A DNA stretch of 64,000 nucleotides from Octopus vulgaris (Eukaryota). This document shows, in pieces, positions 27,227 through 40,270 of this stretch. The position numbers were made by a program, and so were the translations under genes. The stretch covers positions 168,826,001-168,890,000 of the forward strand of contig OX597817.1 of the NCBI GenBank assembly GCA_951406725.2, in the 5' to 3' direction. Numbering within the stretch: the first letter of the stretch is position 1; each line of letters opens with the position of its first letter. The notes beneath the pieces are model-generated. The model saw only the letters and a program-made list of their open reading frames with translations. It ran no database searches and had not been told where the DNA came from.

Positions 27227-27646
27227 CAGCTCTGGATTAATCAATAAGCAAAATAAGCATGTATTTAGGGCACCAAGGGAGGGAGAACCACAGAAATGAT
27301 AAATGGTTTACAGCACAAAAGAAATTACTTTAAACTTGTTAAAATAATGTTTGAAGTCAATTTACATGGTTGGAAATATAATTTCGAAGTGTTTATGGTA
27401 TCATAGTGAAGATCTGATCAAAGACTTAGCATTTATAAAAGTAGGAGCAAACTTCTCAAATATAAATAAAGTGAAAGTATACAAAAATAAACATTATTTT
27501 CCATCTTACTGTTAGTTTTGTTTCATTTTGAAAAATGAAAAATTTATTTTACGGTTTATTATTGTTTATATTTTGAATTACAAATATATGTGGGCATGAA
27601 TATCTTTTAAGTGGTTAGGGTTGCTATGGGTCTTAATCTGGCCCTG
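27227..27646. mobile_element. hAT-type MITE
   Basis: TIRs cagctctggattaa / ttaatctggccctg; 8-bp TSD gttggatg / gttgaatg (1 mismatch). Confidence 0.75.
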
Positions 27647-28071
27647 GTTGAATGGGAAATTATTTGAGGTAGAATTTTATGGTTCGACACTTTTCCCACC
27701 ATCAAATATCGTCTGTTTTGCAAGCAAAGAATTTTTTTTTTATTCTAGTGGTGTTTGAAAGTGCAGAGAAATTAGTCATATTGTCATTGTCGTTTTAATG
27801 TCCATTTTTTCCATGCTTGCATTGGTCTGACAAAATTTGTTGAAGCAGATTTTCAATGGCTGGATGTCCTGTCTGTCACTGACCTTCACCTGTCTCCAAG
27901 TGAGATAATATTTCTCTATGGCCAGATATGTTTTCACAGAAGATTCTTAACAAAGGATGCCACCTATATGAGAGTGACATTCATTTAGAACAATCTTACA
28001 GATGTCAAGACAAGGTGACAGTAACACATACACACGTGTATATACATATACATATATATATATATATATAC

Positions 28072-28146
<75 letters not shown>

Positions 28147-29252
28147 AATTAGAAAAAAACACCTTTTATCAATTCAAAATGAACAATTGAATTACACCAT
28201 CTAGAAAATTACATAATTTTTCTAATTTTTCTATATTAGTATATCTATATTAGTATTTCTAAATTGAATTTTTCCCTGTAAGTTAGGATTAATATTCCCT
28301 CAAAAAATGATTATATATATATATATATAATAGGTTTCTTTCAGTTTCTGTTTATCAAGTTCACTCACATCGCTTTGGTTGGTTTGGATCTATAGTAGGT
28401 GACACTTGCCCAAGGTGCCATACAGTGGGACTGAACCTGTGAACACATGGTTAGGTAACAAACTTCTCAACCAGACAGCCATGCCTGAACCTCTATAATC
28501 ATGGTAATCTTGTAATCCATTCTACTGCTACCTGTTTCATGGCCAGGCCATCAGCAACTAAGCCAGCCATGCCACACTAGGGACCGAACCTGGAACCAAG
28601 TGATTAGAAAGCAAACTTCTTAACCACACAGCTATGCCTGTGCCTAACAACAAGGAATATTACCATCACTACCTCAGCTTTCAATATATATCATTTCACT
28701 CCTCCTGGGGTCAATAAAATAAATAGAATTCTCTACCTGAGTATTATTGAAATATGTGGAATGGTTCCCTAACAACCTACGCTCACACTCTTACTCTTTG
28801 TTATATCATATTTTCATAATATATTATCATACACCTTACACTCCCATCATCATCATTATATAGCATTACTCGTTATATGATAGGTAACTTTGGAAATATA
28901 CTTTACTTTTGCCGCCATGGGTAATATCAGAAAAATTTTGGCATACATGCAATAATTATAATTTAACATTTATGAAATTTCTTGGTGCTTATACAAGATG
29001 ATGAAATCAATACTAATTTTCAAAAGAAAAATATTTATTAGCCTAAAATAAAATGAAATAAAACAGTATTCAAAAGGAAAAAAAAAAAAAAAATGAAATT
29101 GAAAACAAAATTACATTCAGTGTTGATTTTGTATTATGCAAGTTCTCTCTCTGTCTGTCTGTGTCTCTCTCACATACACACAATTTTGTACACACACCTC
29201 TTTCTCTGTTTCTCTATATATACATGTATGTGTGTTTTTTTGTATGTATGTA

Positions 29253-29310
<58 letters not shown>

Positions 29311-29332
29311 TGTATGTATGTATGTATGTATG

Positions 29333-29376
<44 letters not shown>

Positions 29377-30134
29377 TGCACACACAACACTCCCTCTCTT
29401 CTTTCTCCTCTATCTATGATTCTTTCTTATAAATGAGTGTGTGTAGCATTCATTTACTCATTGCCTGCCATCAAGCCTAATATTTTCATTCATTTTGTAT
29501 CTCTTATGTCAACTCTCTCTCTGTATCTCTGTTTTACTCTCTCTCTCTCTTTCTCTCTTCCCACCTCTACATACAATGGAAAGCATGATGGAAAAAAATC
29601 AACCAGCCAACTCACTCACCCACCAATGTTTATATTGGCTATTATTACATAGAGATTGCATTAAGATACTCACTGTAACTAATAACCAACATCATTACCA
29701 CTGCTCTTCCACATATGCCATCATTCTCATCATCATCATCATCAACGTCATCATATGTCCACTTGTTCAGCACCAACAATAGCTTCACCACAACCATATC
29801 TCCACCGTTACTGTTACCATCACCACCACCTCACTATCACCGTCTTGATCACCACAACAATATTTTGTTAGATCTTTGGTGCTTGTCAACAATATTTGTT
29901 AGATCTTTGGTGCTTCAAGAGTTTTCACTTTTGTCAAAACTCTCTCCTGAAAACAACACTCCAAATAAAAATCTCACGAATAAAAATATTTTCATACCCA
30001 GCTTTAAACAACAATGCCAGTCTCAGGGCTTTATACACCACATTAAACCCAGAAACTAGGCCTGATTCCCCTTCAGGAAAATCAAAAGGCACTCAAAAGG
30101 GTTTCTGTAGAAGAAAGTTCAAAAGAAAGCTACT

Positions 30135-30720
30135 AATAGACCTTTGCCTTTCATCCTTTTAGCCTCAATGAAATAAATATGCATTGGGGTTGAGGTAATC
30201 AACTATTCCCCTCCCCCAAAATCTCAGGCCTTGTGTCTATAGTAGAAAGGATTATTATTGTTTACCATTGAAGGAATCGTTAGCACATCGGGCAAATGCT
30301 TTGTGGCATTTCATCCATTTTTGTTCTGAGTTCGAATTCCACCAGGGTTAACCTTGCCTTTCATCCTTTTGGGGCCAATAGAATAAGAACCTGTTAAGCA
30401 CTAGGATTGATGTAATTGACCTATCCCCTTCCACAAAATTGCTGGCATTGTACCAGAATTTGAGAACATTATTATTGTTTACCATTGAAGGTGATGAGCT
30501 GCCAGAATCTTTAGCATGCTCAGCAAAATGCTTAGCAGCATCTCATCTGTCTTTACATTCTGAGTTCAAATTCCACCATGGTCCACTTGGCCTCTCATCC
30601 CTTCAGGGTTGAAAAAATAACTACCAGTTGAATACTGGGGTCAGTGTAATCAACTTAACCCTTCCTTGCAAAATTGATGGCCTTGAACCAAAATATAAAA
30701 TCAGTATTATTGTTTACCAT
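30135..30720 (+). mobile_element. Three consecutive old SINE B-related copies
   Basis: Degenerate gcctttcatccttt core three times, each followed by tattattgtttaccat. Similar old copies at about 3775-3970, 9330-9540, 23930-24150 and 62850-63300. Confidence 0.7.
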
Positions 30721-32119
30721 GCCCTTTTTTTTTATCTTTGTAACCCCTTCTGTGTGACCCACATAGGTGGACCATCACAGCAGCATTGTAGGCCCCTGGG
30801 TAAGTCACTGTACTGGGCCTTATAGTGTTTTTCCATAGACAGCAAACCACATAACATACATAGATCAAATTGGGTCCCTGGACATGTGGAGTCCCTGGGC
30901 AACCCCACAGTGTGCCTTTGTCTTAAGATGGCACTGCCACACAGTTCTTCTACATTGACTTTGCAAGTTCCTTCATCTGTCACCCTTGTGGCAAATAAAA
31001 AATATTACTATTGATACTATTATAATCGTTATTATTCTTATTCTAATCACTATCATCACTATCATCATCATCATCTATCTTGCCCTGTCCCAAGCCTTCC
31101 CACTCACCCTCATCAAACCCTTTCTGCTGACTTCTGTGTTTAATTACCCCATTTTTTCATAGGAAATGCTTCTTTCTGAACAATTCAAAGGCTTTCTCGT
31201 CTACATGGCGCTCTAGTTTTCCTCGCATAAAAAATAAAAATATTGTTTGATGTATGTTCCAAGGTATACACACATACATTCATATAAATTATATTTCATA
31301 TATATATATATATATATGCACATGCACAAACACACATACGCACGCACTCACACACACATCCTTACTGTGCTACAAACATCATCATCATCATGATTTTGAT
31401 AAAAGGAAGCAACATCCATTTTATTGCTGTTTTATAATTTGCGTGTTCGTTTATTAATTTCTGCATTAGTTCATGGTTTTGATTTCGTGTTTTTTTTTTT
31501 TATTAATTTTTCTCCATTCTTCGTTTAACCCCTGCTGACATGGAAAAAACAAATGTTAAAATAACGATAATGTCTGTTGTAACAACACATTCGCACACAC
31601 TACCACGTACAATTATATACATACACACATGTAATACATGTATACATCATAAACATATGTATACATTTGTATATACATATATATATGTAGGCATATAAAT
31701 ATTCATACATATATAGTCATATATAAATATACATATAAAAACATATATATATATATATATATATACACGCTCACACACTCACACTTGTGAGTGCGGTTTA
31801 TTTGTCTGATATAGTATTATATGTTCAGTTTGTTATTTGCTGTTAAATATGATAGCCTCATCTCCAAATAACCATTCTTTTTTAGACCTTTTATGAAACA
31901 ATAGTGGTTAGTTGATATAATTGATGAAAACCCCTGAATGCAGTGCTGCTCCATGGCCTCAAACTAAAACTAGTAAAATAACAGAATAGTAATTTATGAT
32001 TCTAAAGAGCCCCTGTTGAAAACATGATTTTCTTAATAGTCAGTGTATTTAATAGTCAACCAAAGAGTGAACTACCATATCTGTATGTGTATGTGTTTAG
32101 ATATGTGTGCATGTATGTG

Positions 32120-32156
<37 letters not shown>

Positions 32157-32390
32157 TTATCTATTATTCATTTATATGTGCAACTGAAGATGGCACTGCA
32201 TTTAAATTGATGTAATGATTGCATTGTTCAATTAAATGGAGCTGCTTGAAACGGTTATACTGCATCACCCCTTGATGTTCTGTTGCTTATTTTGATTTTA
32301 TTCACCTTACTCCCAGCTGTGCAGATAATACCGGACTGACTTGGTGCTTCAACTTAAGTATCTAATTCCACAGAATCTCAACAATTACTT

Positions 32391-32425
<35 letters not shown>

Positions 32426-32459
32426 AATATTAGGGAATAAATCCAAATTTTGTCTCTAA

Positions 32460-32502
<43 letters not shown>

Positions 32503-32505
<3 letters not shown>

Positions 32506-32803
32506 CGTGACCGACCAGGCCATCAGATGTTGTTACACATCGCTGGTCACAATGCGCTTTGCATTGTTTTAGCCTTTAAATGACGCCACCCCGCTGGCTA
32601 AAGGAGCAGGCCAACAGAAGAAAGAGTGAGAGAAAGGTGTGGCGAAAGAGTACAGCAGGGATCGCCACCACCCCCTGCTGGAACCTCGTGGAGCTTTAGG
32701 TGCTTTCGCTCAATAAACACTCACAATGCCCAGTCTGGGAATCGAAACCGCGATCCTACGACCGCGAGTCCGCTGCCCTAACCACTGGGCCATAGCGCCT
32801 CCA
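32503..32803 (-). mobile_element. SINE family E variant with a different tail
   Basis: tRNA-like head tggcccagtggttagggc..ggtttcgattccc; body (aagctccacg..ctctttcgccaca) shared with 11650; tail unrelated. Confidence 0.8.
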
Positions 32804-32863
32804 ATATATATATATAAATTATATAAATAAGGATAAGATTGATATTTAAATATCGAACTTATA

Positions 32864-33026
32864 GGCGCAGGAGTGGCTGTGTGGTAAGTAGCTTGCTAAC
32901 CAACCACACGGTTCCGGGTTCAGTCCCACTGCGTGGCATATTGGGCAAGTGTCTTCTACTATAGCCCCGGGTCGACCAATGCCTTATGAGTGGATTTGGT
33001 AGACGGAAACTGAAAGAAGCCTGTCG

Positions 33027-33061
<35 letters not shown>

Positions 33062-33490
33062 ATTTGTGTGTCTGTGTTTGTTCCTCTAGCATTGCTTGAC
33101 AACCGATGCTGGTGTGTTTACGTTCCCGTCACTTAGCGGTTTGGCAAAAAGAGACCGATAGAATAAGTACTGGGCTTACAAAAAGAATAAGTCCCGGGGT
33201 CGAGTTGCTCGATTAACCCTTTAGTGTTCAGATTATCCTATCAAACATAATGCTTATTGATTCCCATTGATTTGAATTAATCATGCATTATCTCATATCT
33301 TCAAGATCTTGATGGTGTAATTACCTAATGTAGAATAACATTGTAGGGTAGGTGTGAGAGCCTGGATCTGGTCAGTTTGAACATAAAACAGATTAGCTAT
33401 TCGGCCGGATATGGCCGGTTTAAATACTAAAGGGTTAAAGGCGGTGCTCCAGCATGGCCGCAATCAAATGACTGAAACAAGTAAAAGAGT
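32864..33490 (+). mobile_element. SINE family A containing a piggyBac MITE, with a ~59-bp flanking duplication
   Basis: Direct repeats at ~32804-32862 and ~33495-33553. Confidence 0.9.
33217..33434. mobile_element. piggyBac-type MITE nested in SINE A
   Basis: TTAA|ccctttag ... ctaaaggg|TTAA; interrupts the SINE A tail (gctcgattaa / aggcggtgctcc). Confidence 0.9.
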
Positions 33491-34220
33491 ATATATATAT
33501 ATATATAAATTATATAAATAAGGATAAGATTGATATTTAAATATCGAACTTATCAAGAGGCCAGCATGAGTTCAAATTCCACCAGGGTTAACTTTGCCTT
33601 TCATCCTTTTGGAGCCAATAGAATATGTAATTGTTAAGCACTGGGATTGATGTAATATATATATATTAGAAGGTTTGGAGATGATGTACAGGTATTTTAT
33701 ATTAGAAGAAATGCCAGCACCGCCCCAACTGGCTTCTGTGCCGGTGGCACATAAAAAGCACCATCCGAACGTGGCCGATGCCATAAAAAGACCATCCGAA
33801 TGTTGCCAGCGCCGCCTTTGCTGGCTTCCGTGCCGCTGGCACGTTAAAAGCTCCAACCGATCGTGACCGATACCGGCCCCCCCCCCTGGCACCTGTGCAG
33901 GTGGCACATAAAAAGCACCCACTACACTCGCGGAATGGTTGGCGTTAGGAAGGGCATCCAGCTGTAGAAACTCTGCCAGATTAGACTGGAGCCTGGAGCA
34001 GCCCCTGGCCTCCCAAACCCCGGTCGAACCGTCCAACCCGTGCTAGTGCGGAAAACGATGATGATGATGATGATGATGAAGTACTCAGAAATTCGGATGG
34101 TTTTATATTTACAGATATTTATTTGTTTGTTACATGTTTTTTATACATCATATATTATATATTAGCACTTTCATCCATTCTAGTGGAGTCTTCAAATTGA
34201 AAGTGTGTGTATGTATATTG

Positions 34221-34557
34221 AGGGATTACCAATTCAGGCAGAATACTTTATAAGTTCTCTGTTAGTACAGGGATTACCAATTCAGGCAGAATACTTTATA
34301 AGTTCTCTGTTAGTACAGGGATTACCAATTCAGGCAGAATACTTTATAAGTTCTCTGTTAGTACAGGGATTACCAATTCAGGCAGAATACTTTATAAGTT
34401 CTCTGTTAGTACAGGGATTACCAATTCAGGCAGAATACTTTATAAGTTCTCTGTTAGTACAGGGATTACCAATTCAGGCAGAATACTTTATAAGTTCTCT
34501 GTTAGTACAGGGATTACCAATTCAGGCAGAATACTTTATAAGTTCTCTGTTAGTACA
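34221..34557. repeat. Perfect 48-bp minisatellite, 7 copies
   Basis: agggattaccaattcaggcagaatactttataagttctctgttagtac repeated identically with no spacers. Confidence 0.97.
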
Positions 34558-34779
34558 CCAGGTTAACAGTATTGTTTGGATTAGTAAAAAACTCCACATA
34601 CAACCATAACAAAATGACTGACAAAAGTTGCATTAATTCTCTAGGTCATTCAATTTTTCTTAACTGATCAATGGACTGTGTGAATCAATCAATAACAAAC
34701 CTATAATGACTACTGGAAACAGCTGTGAGTCAAATTTACTCCAGTAAAAAATATGTAATGACAATTATTTACGGCTTGT

Positions 34780-35329
<550 letters not shown>

Positions 35330-35523
35330 TATATATATATATGTATGTATATAATTTTTATTGCTTTAATGTCCATCTTTCCATGCTTGCATAGGCCGGA
35401 TGGAATTTGTTGTGGATTTGCTACGATGTGCTGTGTTCTTGAGCAAGACACTTCATTTCACATTGCTCTGGTCCTATCAAGTGGCCACAGGAAGAGAATC
35501 CTGATGTAGAAAACTTGCTTTAA

Positions 35524-35744
35524 CCCTTTAGTGTTCACATTATTCTGCCAAAATTAATCCTTTTTTATCCACATTGTTTTGAACTAATCATGCATTATCT
35601 TGTAGCTATGAGATTTTGATGAGGTAGCTGTTAATTTTTAAAATGATATTGTAGGGTTGGTGTGAGAGACCAGATCTGGCCAGTTTGAACATAAAACAGG
35701 CAGAATACTTTTGGCCGGATATGGCCGGTTTAAATGCTAAAGGG
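35524..35744. mobile_element. piggyBac-type MITE (same family as 33217)
   Basis: TTAA|ccctttag ... ctaaaggg|TTAA; internal sequence aligns with the 33217 copy. Confidence 0.9.
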
Positions 35745-36475
35745 TTAATAAGTTTTGTATGACATGACATATGCCAGCTTGGAAACGTGAACGTTAGAAT
35801 GATGATGATGATGATGAAAATGAACAAACATATATTTATATGCATGTGTATGTGTGTGTGTATGTGTATGTATAAGTATCCCTGTGTGTGTGTTCGTGTT
35901 TGTGTGCATGTATGTGCGCGCATGCACACATACACATATGCACAAATGGAGTGAGTCGGTGTACTTCTGCAGCTGCAGTCGGGTTATTGCAGTTGCGTAA
36001 AATGTTGCTAGATTTTGTTTGTAGTTGGATATTTGTGAGCCTATATTATCCAAACAGCCATAACTGGTTTTCATAGATTTTATTTTTTTTAAAATAATGT
36101 TTTATGGTATTTGTGTGATACATGGAAATGTGTACTTATCAGTGAAAGGAAGAAGTTCTTTGGACAATGTTTGTGGACGCGTGTACGCTATATGGGATTA
36201 TGTCACATGATAATTCCTGTTTTATATGTTTGCTGTGTTTTTTTGTCTGTGTTGTTCTATGTACATAAGTTTCTCTTTGAAATTATATCTCTTGCTCAGC
36301 TTTTGTTGTTGCTGTTGTTGTTAAAGGCAGCTGTATTAAATATTTTCCCATGTAATGATAAGTTTGATATTTGTTGACTAATGTCATCTGTATTTATGTG
36401 TGCGCATACTTACACACACACACACACACACAAACACATTCATGCTTGCACACACATACACACACTCATACTTGA

Positions 36476-36507
<32 letters not shown>

Positions 36508-36921
36508 GGCCATATCCTTATTATTGTTGTTTTAACGTCTACTTTTTCCATGCTTGCATGAGTCAGACAGAATTCATAAAAGCAGATTTTCAACAGCTGG
36601 GTATCCTCTTGTTGCCAACCCCCTTCTGTTTCCAAGCAAAGTAGCTGGGCAGGTTTCTATGAAAAACTTGAAACAAAGGACTCTGCTTTTATGATGGAAC
36701 ATTTTATTCTTTTATTCTTTTACTTGTTTCAGTCATTTGATTGTGGCCATGCTGGAGCACTGCCTTATAGGATTTTTTTAGTCGAAAAAATCGACCCCAG
36801 GACTTATTCTTTGTAAGCCTTGTACTTATTCGATCGGTCTCTTTTACTGAACCGCTAAGTTACTGGGATTTAAACACACTAACATCAGTTGTCAAGTGAT
36901 GGTGAGGGACAAATGCAGACA

Positions 36922-36993
<72 letters not shown>

Positions 36994-38931
36994 AGGCCAT
37001 ATCCTTATCAATGTTGTTTTAACGTCTACTTTCTCCATGCTTGCATGAGTCAGACAGAATTCATAAAAGCAGATTTTCAACAGCTGGGTATCCCTTTTTG
37101 CCAAACCCCATCTGTTTCCAAGCAAGGTAATATTTTCTCATGGCGGCAAGCTGGCTGAAACATTAGTGTGCCAGGAGAAATGCTTAGCGGTATTTCGCCT
37201 GCTGCTACGTTCTGAGTTCAAATTCCACTGAGGTCAACTTTGCCATTCATCCTTTCGGGGTCGATTAAATAACTACCGGTTATGCACTGGGGTCGATAAA
37301 ATCGACTTAATCTGTTTGTCCTCTCTGTGTTTATCCCCTAGGTAATATTTTCTCATGGCTATGCAGGTTTCTATGAAAAAACTTGAAACAAAGGACTCTG
37401 CTTTTATGGTGGAACATTTATTCTTTTATTCTTTTACTTGTTTCAGTCATTTGACTGCGGCCATGCTGGAGCAATGCCTTAAAGGAATTTTTTAGTTGAA
37501 AAAATCAACCCCAGGACTTATTCTTTGTAAGCCTTGTACTTTTTCTACCGGTCTCTTTTACCAAACCACAAAGTTACTGGGATTTAAACACATCAACATC
37601 AGTTGTCAAGTGATGGTGAGGGACAAACGCAGACACACACACACACACACATGACAGGCTTTTTTCACTTTCTCTCTATTAAATCCACTCACAAGGCTTT
37701 GGTTGGCCTGAGGCTATAGTAGAAGACCCTTGCCCAAGGTTCCATGCAGAAGGGTTGAACCTGGAACCATATGGTTGGGAAGCAGGCTTCTTACCACAAC
37801 AGCCACACCTGTTCCTTTGTTTGTAACTAAAAGAATAAAATGTTCCATCATAAAAGCAGAGTCCTTTGTTTCAAGTTTTTCATAGAAACCTGCCCAGCTA
37901 CTTTGCTTGGAAACAGAAGGGGGTTGGCAACAAGAGGATATCCAGCTGTTGAAAATCTGATCACCCACAGAAATAGAGAAATATTACATTGCTTGGAAAC
38001 AAAATGAATTGCTTGGTGACAGGAAGGGTATCTATCTATAAAAAAATCTGTAAAAAATCTGCCTTAACAGATACTGTCTGACACGTATGAGCATGGAAAA
38101 GTGAACATTAAAATAATGATAAAATCATCATCATAATCATCATCGTTTAAAGTCCACTTTCCATGCTAGCATGGGTTGGACAATTTGACTGAGGACTGGC
38201 GAACCAGATGGCTGCACCAGGCTCCAATCTTGATCTGGCAGAGTTTCTACACTTGATAAAGGCATGCACCTCACAACTTCTTTTTACACCTCCCTGAAAG
38301 TTATTAGATTCATGCCTACTTGGGAACGATAATAACAGGAAGCAACCCCTGATACATTCTGATAATCTTATCAGACATGATAGGCCTCTGAGTGTATAAC
38401 ATTTGCAACTGTCTTCAGGAGTGTTGTTAAGATTTTGTTTGATAAATGTTCATTTTACTAACCCTTCTAAGATGACTGGACTGATTTATTGGTCTACCAT
38501 TTTTATGACAGAGAGAAAACAAAGTAAATAGCTTCAAGAATGTGTGTGAAGGCGCATGGCTCAGTGGTTAGAGTGTCAAGCTTACGATCGTGAGGTTGTG
38601 AGTTTGAATTCCGGACCGGGCTGCATGTTGTGTTCTTGAGCAAGACACTTTATTTCACGTTGCTCCAGTTCACTCAGCTGTAGAAATGAGTTGTGATGTC
38701 ACTGGTGCCAAGCTGTATTGGCCCCTTTGCCTTTCCCTTGGATAACATATATATATGTATATATATATATTTCATTAATGGGAGAGACAGAAGATGGCAG
38801 ATACGAGAATGTTTATTGATCACTACAATTGTTTCAACCCATCTTTTGTCTCTCTCATTAATCCAACAAACACTGTGAAAATGAACATGCTTTACCATTA
38901 AGTTATCAGGTGTATACTTTACAATTTATTA

Positions 38932-38994
<63 letters not shown>

Positions 38995-38996
38995 AT

Positions 38997-39143
38997 CAAA
39001 TGAAATCATCAGGAAGCTTCCTGATTTCATTTGAATGAAACAGTTCTAGTCCTGTAGAAGCTCCTTCTATAAAATAAATTAATTTACTCTGCTATGTATT
39101 GAGTACCTTATTTACTGTGGTTAACCCCGACTCAACCCGGGAC

Positions 39144-39146
<3 letters not shown>
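38997..39146 (+). mobile_element. Short Penelope-like end with damaged hammerhead and a small inverted 5' piece
   Basis: agcttcctgat[3-nt deletion]ttcatttgaatGAAACAGttctagtcCTGTAgaagct. The inverted stub 38997-39017 reads gcttcCTGATGAtttcatttg on the minus strand. Confidence 0.7.
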
Positions 39147-39180
<34 letters not shown>

Positions 39181-39867
39181 TACACACATAAATATGTATA
39201 TATACATATGTATGCTATATACACATACATACATACATACACACACATATATATATATATATATATATGTAAGCTCCTACCATCTTACATCATCTCAGAG
39301 ATATAACTCTTGACATTTTTGCTCAATTCACCTCCCATAGATTTGTTTCATCCTTTTTCATAACACAAACTAACTGGATGTCATTTTTCACCTCCAATAA
39401 CAGAGAGCAGTTGCCATAATTTTTCTGGACGTGCCAGCTCTGAAGAACACAATATTATTTAACCGTGCTGTTATCCACCTTCTGTTTTTAATACCAGTGC
39501 AAAACTGCTTGATAAGATCAGTTGTAATGGATCTATAATACTGTACATTTTGATTAATGCGCGCGTGTGTGTGTGTGTATGCATGTGTGTATATGTGTGT
39601 ACACACACACACACACACACTTTTCTTTGTTTATGGTGATTTAAATATTTTTGACTTTTAAAGAAATTTGTGAAAATGGATCCCTTCTTAGTGTAGAAAT
39701 ATTTGTTGTCTTCTTTAAAAGATTAAGATCCAGATTAAAAAAGATTACAACTGACTGTTGTTTCAATTAAATTTTCCATTAATTTGAAACCTTAATAATA
39801 ATATCCATTTATACAATTTTTGTCTAATGTATTTGTTCTTTTTTTTTAATTTTCAAAATTCATCCAG

Positions 39868-39933
39868 TTCTCCAAGGAACCCTCACCAAAAACTCGTGAA
39901 ACGAATCATTGCTCTTGAAGGAGACAACATTCG
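39868..39933 (+). CDS. IMMP2L: Internal coding exon of mitochondrial inner membrane protease subunit 2 (signal peptidase S26 family, catalytic Lys region)
   Basis: T-rich tract then CATCCAG acceptor (AG 39866-39867); GTAAGT donor at 39934; 66 bp, phase 2 at both ends. Translates SPRNPHQKLVKRIIALEGDNI(R), versus human IMMP2L [22 protein letters not shown] (recalled). Fits IMMP2L better than IMMP1L (SPSDPKSNICKRVIGLEGD). No other exons found in the window. Confidence 0.9.
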
Positions 39934-40009
39934 GTAAGTTGTTTCAAGATTTCCCTGTTTTAATGATTATGTTGGGTGTTCTAATGACATCTTTATCCAA
40001 TATGAGCTA

Positions 40010-40270
40010 TTGAATTTGTGGGATGACGTCAGCAGCTTGGGGAGCTGACCAGAACTTGGGGCTGACCGGAAGAGGAAGGGGGCAGCAGTGACACGCGCGC
40101 AGGCAGGGCAGCTTTGGGCCTTTTGGATCGAGGTAACCAACAGAGTTGGATGGGTGAGCACTTTGTCAAGGTAGGGGAAAAGCAGCTGCTATTTCTAGCA
40201 TTCGGGTTGGGCCGCGTGGAAGGGTGCATTACCACTGGGGAGGTCTCTGGCGACAAAAAGAAGGTAGGTG
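40010..40270. promoter_or_regulatory. GC/CpG-rich promoter-like island just downstream of the exon
   Basis: TGACGTCA (40024-40031), CCGGAAG (40066-40072) and ACGCGCGCAG (~40093-40102) in an otherwise AT-rich intron. Function not shown. Confidence 0.35.

Noticed and set aside
29715-30162. Nested gene exon
   Set aside because: No recognisable domain or convincing splice pair; partly CAT/CAC low complexity with a short local duplication.
34205-34609. Repeat protein or CRISPR array
   Set aside because: Units are contiguous and identical with no spacers; no cas genes; eukaryotic intron context.
39536-39558. miR-8/miR-200-like sequence taatactgt
   Set aside because: Only the seed-length part matches and I see no precursor hairpin.
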